From contig CM114271.1 in the NCBI GenBank assembly GCA_050084515.1, forward strand, positions 10,912,001 through 10,976,000: a stretch of 64,000 nucleotides of DNA, written 5' to 3'. Both the position numbers and the translations under genes were made by a program. The notes below the pieces were generated by a model. That model was given only the letters and a program-made list of their open reading frames with translations. It had not been told where the DNA came from and made no database searches. Below, piece after piece: positions 12,493 to 25,613 of this stretch; the first letter of the stretch is position 1, and every line of letters starts with the position of its first letter. The DNA is from Blasia pusilla (Eukaryota).

Positions 12493-13103
12493 ACTATTAG
12501 GACTTTAGGCCAAGTTCTTATGGGTTGGTAATCAACAGGGACTAGAATGCACTATGGACGTGTTGCTCATTGTGTCACCATATTGAACGTAGACCAGCGG
12601 TCAAGTAGCTCTTTCTTTTTGGTGACATTGTTTCCAACCTACTTATTTACAGATGGACCACTCCTTTGTTTACTATTTTGTAAGGCCCGAGCACAACTTC
12701 CAGGTGTTCTAGATCTTGGATCCAGTCGATCCATGCTCCGATGGGTATAGCTTAGATAGTTTATACAATTCCCCCCCCCTCGGGGAATTTACATGCAAGA
12801 CAGAACCCCCTTACTTGGAGGAAAGGAAAAGTCCCGTGGCTTGATGCAAACGCTCATCGAGCTCTGTTCAAGGCCGGGTGACTTGATGTTCGACTTAGTG
12901 GGCCTATCAAGGGCGAGTATTAGAGGCGCCTGGCAGAGTGGCAGGAACATTCTCTGCCTTGAGGGAAGGCAAGAACTTTATGACCTTTGCAAAGAGGCAA
13001 AGGCAGATTACGACAGGCTAGTTGGGGAATACAACTCTCCTCCAAAGCCGAGAGCCCCGGTTCCAGACCCACCATTGGTAGTGACACCATCGTCACTTCC
13101 CAC

Positions 13104-14932
13104 ATTTGCAGTTCAATTTTGCATTGAAATCCCTCACATAAGCACTTAGGGACCCAGTCAATCGCAGCCGCATGTGCTCAACTATATCCCAAACCACTTG
13201 GTGCTCTGGAGTGAATCGGTCACCAATCAAAACCTTAAACTCTTCCCAACTCAAAAGTGAACCTCCGGCCATATGTTATTTTCACTGAGTTGTCCACCAT
13301 TGTAGGGCATGATCCCTTAGGAAGGTGATTGCCACTGTCACCTTATCCTGCTTCGCTGCCCTCTACGCCTCGAAGTAGAGTTCCAATTCCGTGAGGAAAT
13401 CCTTTACCTTTTGAGAACGTCCCACTCCAATGAATGGCATGGGCAGGTTCATCTTGTAGAGCTTTTTGCCGGAACTCGAAGCTCGGTCGGACTCAAGCTC
13501 TGCAATCCGCTTGCTTTGTTGAGATATTTGCTCCGTAATCAACTTCATTAAGTCCATCATTTGGGCATAGACTGCCAGGTCACTTGAGTTTTGAGCCGAT
13601 GGTCCCACGAAAGGGTTTGCATTCGGGACCCCCTCATATCTGGCATTTAACACCTCAGGAGTCAGCATCTCTTCCACCGGCTCCTAATCCGGTATCGGTT
13701 TGTCTTTCGGTTCACGTCACTTGATTTGGCATTTCCGTGGTTCATCTCCCTTGGTCGCCATCTTCAAGCTGCCTCAATCTGATCTCCTCCTTGTTTCTTG
13801 CGTCCCTCCCCCAGCGTCTAGGCCTCGCCGCTACCTTGGGTTTCCCCCAAGCATCCGGTTGCTCCCACGACCCCAAGTTCTTGCTCACCAAGGATTAGCT
13901 CTGATACCACATGTCTTGTGCCTACTTCCCTTGAACGTCAATCTTAGAGTTGCAGAAGCGTATGTTCAATAGGACATGCTCTCATCGCCGACTTGCATCC
14001 AAACACACTCACGTTAGCTTGGTTTGGGTCAAGCGGCCTTCCAACCCACTGAGTCCTCGGCTTGGCACCTCATCAAGGTCAACCTTCCCTCACTCCTTGG
14101 TTCCCAACACAAGCAAGTCTTATGAGACTTGGGACAGACTTTCTCATTAGTCTAGACATCTAAAATGGTGTTTGCGCACCTAGCAGTCCCAACTATCAAA
14201 TGGACCTAGCATGAGCCCCCTAACCAAGACTCACCAAGTGAGTTGCGGGTTGGAGTCCAATAGGGAACTTGGAAATCCATTGGGCTTGGTTTGGGTTTCG
14301 GATCCCAACGCCAAAACTCTTGATCCATTTCGTGCCCTTGAGTCACCCCGCAGAACCCAAAATGGGGTTTGAGTCCCAAACACCCTCAAAGACCTTCCCC
14401 CTTACTAGTATTTCTAGGGATTACCAGCCTCCCCCTACCTTTGGGGAAGGGACACCCGGGGCCCTCTTTTTGGCCCTCAACCCGACTTCCTCTACAGTTG
14501 CTTTTGGCCCACATCTTAGCCTTTTCTTGATCGTTTGCCAAGATCTTTGGTGTGCTGGAACCAAGTTTGCATAAGATTTCCAACACCACCTTACTTGTCT
14601 CAAACGCATCTCATGACTAAAAGTTATGGTTGAAAGTACAGTAAAAAACTCCAAATGCTAGCAGCATCTCAAGTCCGATTCTCACCCCTTGGCCACGTCT
14701 CCTTCGAGACTCGACTTTTCTTGAGTCAGGGTTCCACATTTGGTTTTGGTTTCCTTAGTCGTGACCATAAATGCATGAAACACTCAAAATGCTCGCCTCG
14801 CTTGCGTATTGCACTCGTGTTTCCTAACTTTTCTCTTCTTGAGACCCCTCCAAAGCGCAAACCATCCTAGCGATAGACCACTCAAAATTGGATGTTATGT
14901 TTGGCACTCATTTGGTTATGAGGATCGCGACA
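13104..14932 (-). mobile_element. Chromovirus-family gypsy fragment: 5' LTR (13912-14932), tRNA-Met PBS (13898-13909), truncated gag
   Basis: TG...CA LTR similar to 45052-46053. PBS reads TGGTATCAGAGC on minus. Gag peptide QSKRIAELE...KVKDFLTELELYFEA. Confidence 0.9.
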
Positions 14933-16089
14933 GCCAGGGCGTAGATCCAAGAGTTGCGGCACGTGCGATCGATGGCAGGAAGCGACTAGACAGGCCGGAC
15001 GGATCGACAGACTCTCACAAAGGGCCGGCTGCAACACGGCAAGGGCCCCTTCTGTGAGGGTCGGCAACCAAGAGCTCCGGCTCACCTAGAGCCACATGTA
15101 GAGTAGCCAAACTAAGCAAGGCTTTGACTGAAGAAGTGTTGGTCATGCAACAAAGGGGTCACGGCTTAGGCAGATGTTGGAAACCTCAGGTGCAATGCTG
15201 CGGTGGCAAATAAGTAGGCCTTACGGTTGCAGTCGCAGTAGCAACGGCGATTGCATCAACGCAGGTGCGGTAGTCTCGGACAAGGAGACGCCGCAGAAGA
15301 TCAAGTAGGGTCAACGGTAGCACAGCAGTCACAGGACTATGTTAGGATCAGGGAATGTGGTAGTAACGCGGATGGAGCGGCGGCCAGGGCACTACGTCGG
15401 TTGGCCAACAACATCCCATCCCCTAAAAATCTGGTTGAGGCAGTGGTCGCGGCGTCTGGGAAGCATCAAAGGTAACAACTGCAGGAACGACATCAGATGT
15501 GTTGGTGGTAGTGGGCACGGCAACTACGGAGGCTGAGAGAATGCGATTGTCAATAGGCGGCAACATAGTAACCAACGTCCGTCAGTCAAACGGGTCAAAG
15601 GAACAGCTGACCACGGTCATACAGCCCAGCGCATGGTAGGGCGCGTTTAGCTAAATTGACCCCCTACAAATCCGGGTCAGGCCTATTTTGATTAACTTGA
15701 TTGTCGCCTTTTGAAATTGTTGTAATTTGAGTGCTTCTCCACAAATCCCTCCTAGAATTGAGGGTCAACTCTCACTCTCTCTCAGAGGTATACCTCCTTC
15801 AATACCCTCTCCAAAGCTCTCTCCATGATAACCTATGCTCGTAGGTCACCTCCTTGGCTCTTGACCTGTTGTAGCAGGTCAAGAGTCACTTCCCAAAATG
15901 GAAAGTAAACTATACCAAAAACAATCATTTACCTGAAATAGGAAGTTCCTCAATATGGTTCCAAATGAACCGAAACGAAGGGGAAACCTGCTCTCTCAGG
16001 CTACTCGTGCCCTCAACATGTCATCCTTGACCTCTTAAGACTGTCATCCAATATCTCCAAAGGCGCTCTACTATATCTCATCAATCTAT

Positions 16090-16815
16090 CCTAATAGACG
16101 TGACATAGATCTTGATGACTCGGATGTGTGGGTGCAAGCATGTTCTTAGAGGGCGGAGATTTTTTGTAGAGTTATGCCCATGGCATTTGAGAGATTAGCT
16201 ATTGCTCAGCACAGGGATACATTGAGGTACACGACCATTGGTGGAGGAAGTATCGTTCAGGGATTATGAGGTTCCATCTTGGAGATTATGTATATTTTCA
16301 GCAAGCGCCACCCACGACGCTAGATGTCACTGCAGGACGCATAATCTTACGTGTGCGCGAGGTGTTACCGACCGGAGTCCTCATGTTTGAGGGACGTGAT
16401 GGTATGGTTTGGAAGGATCATGTGCGCAACTTTGCGCCATATCATCTTCCGAACGTGGATGGGAAAGTGGATCTGCGCTTGGCAGTGGTACCTACAAGCT
16501 TGAGGTGTATGTTGTGCGGACCTACGAGGGATGTAGCCACCATGTTGGTGTGTGATGGTTATTCTCGAGGGTGGCATATGTCATGTCTGACCCCCCTCTT
16601 GATGTAGTTCCCACGGGATGATGGATATGTCTGACATGTGTATAGGATGGTAGGTCATATTAGGGAGATGTGACATCTACTATATGGAGTTGGGAGGATC
16701 CAACTACCAATTGAGGGGGCGGTTGTCTGATTTCGATGTATATGCATGAGTTGATTTTTGTGTGGATCTACCTATGTGTTGGGGAAGATCAATGTTGTGT
16801 GGTGATGGTTGTTTG
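16090..16815 (+). mobile_element. Gypsy integrase C-terminus with PHD finger and 3' non-coding region (DNMT-carrying family)
   Basis: LAIAQHRDTLRY...GDYVY...CMLCG...MLVCDGYSRGWHMSCLTP is a PHD-like Cys/His pattern. 16680-16810 matches the reverse complement of 29030-29170. Confidence 0.8.
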
Positions 16816-17709
16816 AGAGGGTGTCATATGGTATGTTTGATGCCACTTCTCTTTCGAGTTCCTTGGGGATGATGGATGTGCCCCAGATCTACATAAGATA
16901 GGTAGTGAGACATTTAGACTTGCTTGAATGGTATGGATGACAAAGGGAAATTTACAATAGGGCCACATGCGCACGTGGCCAACCTTCTTGCTCTTACCAT
17001 TTTAGAGATGTACGTATGTCACAAGTAGAGACAGAGGGCCATCTGAAGTTAGAAGGACCTAACCACCAATAGGGGGCGGTTGGAGATATTTTGGTAACAA
17101 CTTCTCTCTATGGTTGTGTTTCGTGTACGATTTAGTCTACTATTTCTATATTTAATGAACAAAAAAATACGTTGTGCTATGATGTGTATGTGCACAATAT
17201 CATAGCTACCTAAGACGTATTTTGCATAGGTGACAATATCACCTTGCACAAAGGACCTATGAAACCTTTCTAGTGATGCATATTCTCTTGCTTTCTTCTC
17301 AAGGATTGTAAAATAGGTAGAACTTGGTCATATGGCCCTCTCATGTCCCCTAATCCCCTTTAAAGAATGCATGTAGGGTCCTTTACCTTATTGTCAATTG
17401 CTACCTATATTTAAATCAACCTAGGAATTGACTATTTAGGTACATTCTTGACCATAATTTTTCAAGGAAGTAAGGCTATCCGGTCAAAATCATCTCCTGA
17501 TTTCAAAAGAGACATTTGGTTGCCTTCATATCACAACCATATTCTTAACTTTGTGTAATATCAAATCATGTATGTGGTCATGCAAGTGTGCTGATAATTT
17601 AGAATGTGGAGAGATTTAATAAATCTTCATGGTAGATACGAATCCCTAAACTACTGGAGGAACAAGGGAATGTGGACCAGCTATGGCTTGACTAAACACG
17701 CAATACCTA

Positions 17710-18740
17710 TGTCGAGACCCTCATAACCAAACGAACACCAAATAGGCGCCAAGCAGAACATCAGAACTCAAGTGGACTCACGGTGCGATGATCACGTTTT
17801 GGAGAGGATTTTGAAAGGTCTCATGGAAAAGTCCAAGAGACGAAACGCCGAACACAGTTGTGCATTTCATGCATTAGTGGTTGCAACCAGGAAAGCTAGA
17901 CCAAACGCGAACCAAGACTTGAGATGAGTTGAGTCTTGGAAGGTTGGTTGCCAAAGAGGTGACAACTAGTTTTGGAACGCGACTAGCGTCTAAGGAAGTT
18001 GACTGTATTTTGAACCATAACGTTTAGCCCCAAGATGCGTTCGGGACAAATAAGAATGCGTTGGAAAGCTTATCTTGTGGTCCTTCCAACGCACCAAAGA
18101 TCTCAGTAAACGCATAAGTAGAGGCTGAGATATTGGCCAAAAACGACTGTGAGAGCAATCGGGTTGAGGGCCACTTTGAGGGGCCCGAGTGTCCTTCCCT
18201 AAAGTTAGGGGGACCCTGGAGATCTCCAAAAGTACTTATAAGGAAGGAGTCTCTCCAAGAAGTCTTGGAACACAAATCCTCACTTTGAGCACCAAACGGC
18301 GTCTCAAGGGCACAGGATGGAATGGGAGTTTGGCGTTGGAACTCGAAACCCAAACCTGTTCCAAGGGAGTGGACATTGTGCGCCACACTTGGATTCCGAC
18401 CCTTGCTTCATTTTGTGTGAGTCTTGGTTAGGGACTCATTTGATGTCCATCGGACAATTAGAACCGCCAGGCGCGAAACGTCGTTTGAGATTCTTAAACC
18501 GACCAGAAAGTCTATCCCAAATCTTTCGAGACTTGCCTCTCTTATAAACCGCGAATCTAGAAAGGTTGAGTTTGATGAGAGACCGAGACGAGAACTCGAA
18601 AATGTAGCCTGCTGATTGATCCAAGAATCGACTAACCAGAGTTCGTGTTTGGATGCAGATCAACGTTGAAAACATCACCTACTAAATGCACACTTCCGTA
18701 ACAATAAATATTTATGTTCAAGGAGAGTAAACGCATGACA
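17710..18740 (+). mobile_element. Solo LTR of the chromovirus family
   Basis: TGTCG...TGACA, similar to the reverse complement of 45052-46053. Flanked by ACCTA and ACTTA (a 5-bp TSD with one C>T change). Confidence 0.85.
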
Positions 18741-19864
18741 ACTTAATAGGTCTTATGTTTTTCAGATTAAAAAAAATGTAATATTTTTTATTGCAATAAT
18801 TTTGCAGCATGGATAGGAGATATGTGTTATGTAGGTCTTGTGTTTTTCAGACCCAAAAAGTGTAGTATTTTCCATCGTGATGATATTATATCATGGATAG
18901 GAAATCCGTGTGATGAGCTCGAAAGACCCGAAGAAGTTTTGGAGATTTAAAAGTGGTAGACAAGTTGGTTTGGGTGTGTTATTCCTTAAATGAAGGCACT
19001 CCCATAAAATATTGTTTCATATTTTACCATCCATGACTCCGTTTGAGATCACCTATCCTTTAAACACATGTCCTTTCTGGCCAATAGAATTACTTCTCTC
19101 TAAACCAATAATTCAGTTTAGAGATGAGTAATTTAAAATTATACATCCATGGCAAGAACTAATTCTCTTAGAAGACAAGTAAGACATGGTTTGCCTAGAG
19201 TCATCCAATTTGATGAGTCATTAAAAACTTGTGACTTTTCCATGACCGAACCATTACATGGACAGTTCGACAAAAAAGTGATGTGTATTACATGTCATCC
19301 ATGATATGTAATTCCCATGTCATCCATATGACACTCTTATTCCACCACCAATGCCATGTGGATGACTGAAATTATGTTTAAATTGGAATAGGATTGCTGT
19401 TTCCAATGCAAGCCGATCCAAATCTGTTATGTATAAAAGGAACCTGAATTCATGAGTAGTTTTGGTTGGTGAATTGAGATAATCATGCTACCAAACATTG
19501 AGCCAAACTCTCTTTTCCCCCACAAGAACTAATTGCCAGGCCAAAAGAAAAGTGAAGTTTGAAACAAGATTGCAAACAAAGAGAAAGGAAATCACTTTCA
19601 AGAGAAACTAGCCAGAGCCAGGAAAGGCATTTCTCCGACCTTAAATCTTATGCTACCATGTGTCCATAGCTATGTTTGGGACAGCTTGCAGAAAACAAAC
19701 AGTAAGACATGGTGTAAAACTGGCTACATTTGACAAAATTGCCTATGATTTCTAAAAGATACATAGTAAGAGTGCTACTTACTTATTGGGATTCCTAGTC
19801 TGCTTGGGAAGCACGCCGTTTGAGGCCCTGTCACCAACTATCATTTGGCTGTAGGACTGCATAG

Positions 19865-22800
19865 CTATCTTAACAGAAGCTGTTTTTTAGAGAGAGCATC
19901 TGAAACCTCGCAAAAAAATTTCTCCACTGCTTGTAATCCTTCCTCCGGTGATCCACTCTCACCGAGAAGCCTAACCACAGCACTGCCAATAATAACACCA
20001 TCTGCACCCCAGTCGGCTATCTGTACCAGAATATTGGAAAGTAAGTGGATGATGTTAAAAAAGAAACCACTCTGCATGCAATGATTGAATCTTCTTTGTT
20101 CCACCTAAGCAAGGGTGCAATCAAGATGAAAGGTTTGGATAGAAAATTCTCTAGGTGACTACATCCTGTGGTTGCTGACATTCCCACTGTACCTGTTCTG
20201 CATGTTGAGGAGTTGAGACACCAAATCCAACTGCTACAGGTTTACTTGTTGACTGGTAAGAAAACGAACCAATGGGATCACAGTCAATACGTTTCTCTAT
20301 GACAAGTGTAAGAGTTAAAAAAATCAACACTATCACACCAAATTAACACCATATTGCTTCCTTCCAAGAGTGACAAAATGAAGAGTTCAAGCCCAGATCA
20401 GTTTCTCCCTCGAATCGTTGCCCTCAGATTTGAAAGACCGGTAACCAGACATCTTCCCCCTGACAGTGGAAGGATACACAGGAAGATGAGGAAGTAAAGA
20501 AATTCATTACTTTTTCTGCATTAGATTGGGTAAACCTAAGACAGTACCTTGGTGATGGACTCCAGAAGACCTTGAACTCGAGACTCTACTGAGTCTCGTG
20601 CTCCAGTCACACCTGTCAAACTCACCTGCACAGCATGAAATAGTATTTTTACCAGTAATATTTTTTGTCCTAAAAAATGTGACTGGATGCAATGAGGATG
20701 CATGGAGGGAGCTGAATTAAGAAGGAAATTCTTCTACTGAAAAGTTGACAGAGATGGAAGGCATGGAAATCTATTGACTTTTCCTTTCAAGGATAGTGAT
20801 GTTTTCTATTGGACATCAATAATCGAGCTTCTACTGAGAAGTTACCAGAAGTCCAATTCCAGAAAATGTCATAAATAGAGGTCATATGAGTATTGGAACT
20901 GCAGGTATTGAAAACCTGTAGGCACATTTGCAGCGATGGGCTGAATAGTTGAAAGCAGTACACAATTATGCCTTATCAACATAACATAATAACTTACCAA
21001 GTAAATAAAACCCTGGGTTGCTGACGTGATAGCCTTCATCCGTGCTGCAGGTGTTGTGGGTGTTGTCAGTAGTATCTGCACACAATAAGATGAAGAACCT
21101 GAAAGAGTGAGAGAATGCAAGGAAGAATTCGGTGCTTGATTACTCAAAGAATTACATTTAATTCTTTGAGTAATCAAGCACCCAATCACCATCATATTTC
21201 ACTTGTTTTGAAGATCTCAAATTCAAAAGGTCACATAATACTACACCAATGATCTGTCAGTAATTTGTGTGATTTCAATGAAACATTAAAGTAACTCGAA
21301 TCACTCTGGTCTTGATGTTGTTTGCTTACCAATTCAAGTCCATTTTCTGAAGTAAGTTCCCTCAACTGGTTCGTCTGCTCCAGAGGAAGATCCGGTACCA
21401 AGAGGCCTGCAAAAATATAAATCATCATAAGAATTGTCCTCCAGAGTAACATATGAAGAGACTCTGAAACTCAGCCATGTAAGCCATAAATGTGACACAA
21501 TTTGCCTTCATCAGCTCCCTACAATGTATTTTCGGACTTGCCATCAGCTAAGATACGGTCAGAAATTGTGCCACTGATCTGAAGGCGATGGGAAGCAGAG
21601 TACCACCAAACTTTTAACTGGTCACTTGAAAGGACAAAATCTGTACACTAGATACATATTGAAAGGAAAATGAGCAGCCAAAGGTAAGGGACAGCAGTAG
21701 CAAAGGAGAGTAAATAGGTGAGGCTTCTGTATCAACACAAGGGAAGATCAATGGAAGGAAGAAAGGGTGGCTGAAAAAAAATGGAATCCGGCTGATAAAG
21801 TAGGGCAGTCAATTGCTCGGCAGTAGAAACCATGATAGGGGCAGGTACAGGTAAGGAAGACTATGAAGTAGAAGGGCCATAAAGAGGCAAGAATGAAAGA
21901 AGGAAAGGAAAGCAAAAGAATAAACAAGACACAAAAACAAGTCCAAAGGGTCACCTGCTACTCCTGCTGCCTTAATCTGCTCCACGAACTTCTCCTGACC
22001 ACGCTTCAGTAGTTGATTGTAATATACGAAAACTACAATTGGGGCCTTCACATGTGGCCCTATCTGGATGACAAGGATGGTTAATGTCAAACGCTATTAA
22101 CCTTCAAATGCTATCTACAAGAGATGGAACTACAACTGTAGCAACAAGTGATGGTAAGCTTAATACACAGGTTTGCTATAAAATCTGCAGTCATATTGTG
22201 ATGGATTGGCGTCTAACTGTACCTCATGCATCAGCAGCAACACGTTATCCAAATTGGTGCCTGCTAAGAGGGATCTGGACGCAGCTGCCTGCAGAAGAAG
22301 AATAGGGAGAGAAGTGAGTGAGACGCCCTTATGATTAATATCTTTGTTACAGTACATCAAGTGTGGAAGAAACTTCTCAATACAACATTTCACAACCAAG
22401 AAACACAGCTGCTAGGAGCAGGAAATCTCGCCTGTATGACGGGACCATCTGCTAATGGATCCGAGTAAGGAACTCCAAGTTCAATTATATCCGCTCCTAG
22501 TGCATCCAATAACTTCACAGCTTTCGCAGTGGTCTCCAGATTTGGATCGCCAGCGGTCAGATAGGGTATCAATGCCACCTGGAGACCCGATGAATCTTGT
22601 CAAAACAAGGTACCATCATGGGCACCGAAGTTCAAATTCTTAAACCCTAACAAGCTGGGAAAAAAAGGACTTTAGCGCTAGAGATAAGTCACAGCAAACT
22701 CCAGGATTCAACTTGGACCTTGGGAAGGGAAAATAGCCCATTAGCTGCTCGAAGAAAATAGTGACGATTAGAAAGAATCCCTCCACAGAAATAAAAGGAT

Positions 22801-23501
22801 TGAAACATGACAGGAATACTAAGAACGACGTTAAGGCAGAAAGAGGCACCTCTTCTAAAAACCCATAGTTGAACAGAGGTAAAAAAGACAAGATGGAGAG
22901 TCATGAACACGGTATGAATTCCTTGAAGTCGCGGGGATAGGCAGTCGTAGCAGGAGACGAATAAGAGGAAAGGAGGAAGTCGGGAAAAAGAGACAGTGAA
23001 GAACATCAAAAGCATTCAGAACGCTAGGAATTTGAATCCCATTAAGTTACGGGATTAGCCGTGGTAAAAAGATACCAAAAAAAGGAGAGGATGAGGTCAG
23101 AAACAAGAGATGGTGAAGAATACCAAAAGGATTCTCAACACTGGGAATTGAAAAAAGACAGAATACGCCGTTGGGCAACTACGCTAAGAATGCAGGTGAC
23201 ATAACTAACGCTGAGTATCCGCCATTCACACCTTACGCCGCTTCTTCAGTTCTTGGAATAATTCCTCAATCTTCCCTCGGCCATTAACAGAGACAGAAGC
23301 CGCAGACCTCGCATTTCCACCAGATTTCAATCCGAACTTGGGATAACTCCATCGCCTCACCAAACCCGGACTCCTCTTTACCTCGCCAGTGCTCCATTCC
23401 TCAAACTCCGTATGCCTCGTGAAACGATAGCTCGGCTGTACAGGTGACGGGAAATTCGTTCGTTGCCGCGAGCAAGGAATCACGGGAGCCAGGCTCGCCA
23501 T
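19865..23501 (-). CDS. TSA: Tryptophan synthase alpha chain, plastid-targeted; 9 exons: 23501-23232, 22578-22432, 22288-22223, 22063-21955, 21406-21330, 21075-20998, 20625-20548, 20252-20193, 20020-19865 (346 aa)
   Basis: Spliced ORF with consistent phases and no internal stop. Motifs [30 protein letters not shown] (catalytic Glu and Asp), [37 protein letters not shown]. Ser/Arg-rich N-terminal transit-like peptide. Intron 2 has a GC donor. Confidence 0.95.
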
Positions 23502-24621
23502 ACGGACAGCACTTCCTAACCCTACGGTTTGTAGTAGACTCAAACAATGCTTACTCCTCTTCGCCGAATCCCCTTGACAGGCCGGGCCGCGAATTGCTGG
23601 ACAACGACGGTCCAGTCCGAACAGGCCTCTCACTCCATCATTCTTCGCAACGCATGCTTTTTGGGAATGTTTCGCTTCCGTTTCGGATGTGGGGGGGGGA
23701 GCCCGACATTGCAACCCGAGATGCCGTTCGGAATCCCTTCCCTGTACGTTTCCGTGCTCCGGCGCCGGCGCCGGCGTCAAAATAATCGCCTGCCAGACCG
23801 GACTGCAGGTCACCGGGATTTTCTTTTTAAATCTCAATAATGGAAAATCCATAAGAAATTTATAAAAAGGGACTCACAATATGTGAAGGTCATAACTAGC
23901 CCGGAATAGAAAAGGGGGCATCGCCTATCGACTAAACTCACCAAGAGGAGAGACAATAGCACCAACATCTAGAGAGAGGTGACTACCACTACGAGGGAGT
24001 CTCCTTGAGAGGCTCCCATGTGCACCTCTCTCTCTACACATGGGAGCCACTCTCGCGAGCAATACTGAACATGATATCCTGCACATCATCGTGAGTGGCA
24101 ATCCTTTCATCCCTAACTGGAAAACGTTCTAAATGCACATCAAGTGGATCCAGACTCTAGAGACACTCACAATATGTTGTACCAACCACTGATGGTTGGG
24201 GAAGGCCCAATCGAAACCGCATGGTTGTGGTGTAGATAAGTGGTGCGATACGGAAAGTGGGATGAGGGGACGAGCCTCCACCCATTAGCCTACCCCCTTT
24301 CCGGATATCACAGCTTGTAGGATAGATCGGCAAGATCTAGTTGAGTGCCTTCGAGGATAGTGAAGGACATCCTCAAGAGGTCAAGAATGACTTGTTGAAG
24401 CCACGGATAATTTGAGAGAGCAGGTTTTCCCTTCGTTTTGGCTCATTTGGAGCCATATAGAAAAAAAAATTACTATTTCGAGTAAGTTACAATTTTCAAC
24501 ATACTTGACTTTCCACTTTGGAAAGTTGACGTTGACCACCTAGAATAGGTTAAGAGCCAAGGAGGTGACCTACGAGCATATGTTACCATGGAGAGAGCTT
24601 GGGGAGAGGTAAGGGGGGTAT

Positions 24622-24624
<3 letters not shown>

Positions 24625-24678
<54 letters not shown>
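24625..24678. repeat. (GA)27 microsatellite
   Basis: Direct read. Confidence 0.98.
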
Positions 24679-24685
<7 letters not shown>

Positions 24686-24798
24686 CTTGGGAGCTCATTC
24701 TCTCTTTGTTGAACCTCTTGGCATGAGGCGGTGGAGTTATGGTCCTCTTTGCCTTGTGTCTGTAACTCAAGCCTATCATTAGAAGAATGGGTTTGGTT

Positions 24799-24990
<192 letters not shown>

Positions 24991-25613
24991 ATTAATGTAT
25001 GAATAAATAAATAAATTTATTGTCCACGGGGACCCCATAGGGCCATGGGACTTAGTTTTGAGTGTTAACAACAATTTTGGAGAGAGAACAAGCACCATTA
25101 AGGGCCTAAGATATCCTCTGAGCCAGGTGTTTTTCCCTAGTCTTCACACAACCATGCAAGAATTTAGCAATCTAAATCTCATTCTGCCTAGTCATGACTT
25201 CAAAGACCTTGAGAGTCGGGTGAGCAAAGAGATCCGGGAAGTCAAGCCTAACATGACTGTGAAAAGTGCACTCAAATAGGTAATGATGTTCATCATCAAT
25301 GAGCCCCAAGTTGCAAAATCTACAAAATCTGTCCTCCCTTTTCTTCTATGAGAATTTCCTTTCTCAATCTCAAGGTCAATAGAGCCACATTTGAATCTTG
25401 CTAATGTATGACGTAACTTAGTGGGAATGGGGGTAGAGATGTAAGAGGCTTATTGCATGGATCTACATGTGTTCATGAGGGTGTGGTAGCGCCTCATTCT
25501 TTCTCCATTTTTTTGAGATGCATTCACCCCGCTTTCCCATAGATGTTGGTGTTGGCCCTAGTTGATGGAAATGTAATTACTATGTAACTGTTCAGCCATG
25601 TCCTGGTCCGTGG

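Larger units (their letters stand above)
5045..13103. mobile_element. MULE copy 2 (both ends truncated): transposase 5' part on minus, cargo gene on plus
   Basis: Same divergent two-gene layout and palindrome arrays as 50230-63077, in the opposite orientation. Confidence 0.85.
8111..13103 (+). pseudogene. Copy 2 of the MULE cargo gene: coiled coil + ParB/Srx-like + N6/N4-MTase-like, 4 exons
   Basis: Exons about 8111-8748, 8838-9308, 10085-12128 and 12653-13103 (truncated by a gypsy fragment). WDGNHN at 9158-9175, VDLLIADLPSG around 11856, and EKSRGLMQTLIELCSRPGDLMFDLVGLS...GRNILCLEGRQELYDL in exon 4. Several TAG stops. The intron-1 acceptor is mutated from AG to AA. Confidence 0.85.

Noticed and set aside
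8111-13103. Bacterial contamination or a prophage explaining the ParB and MTase domains
   Set aside because: The gene has conserved spliceosomal GT-AG introns and a TATA box, and sits among plant LTR elements.
14933-16090. Possible additional element between the LTR and the integrase fragment
   Set aside because: No recognisable motif, termini or second copy in the window.
23502-23852. 117-aa in-frame N-terminal extension of TSA from ATG 23852
   Set aside because: No recognisable similarity. ATG 23501 gives a normal transit-peptide length, so this is probably an open 5' UTR. It needs TSS data.
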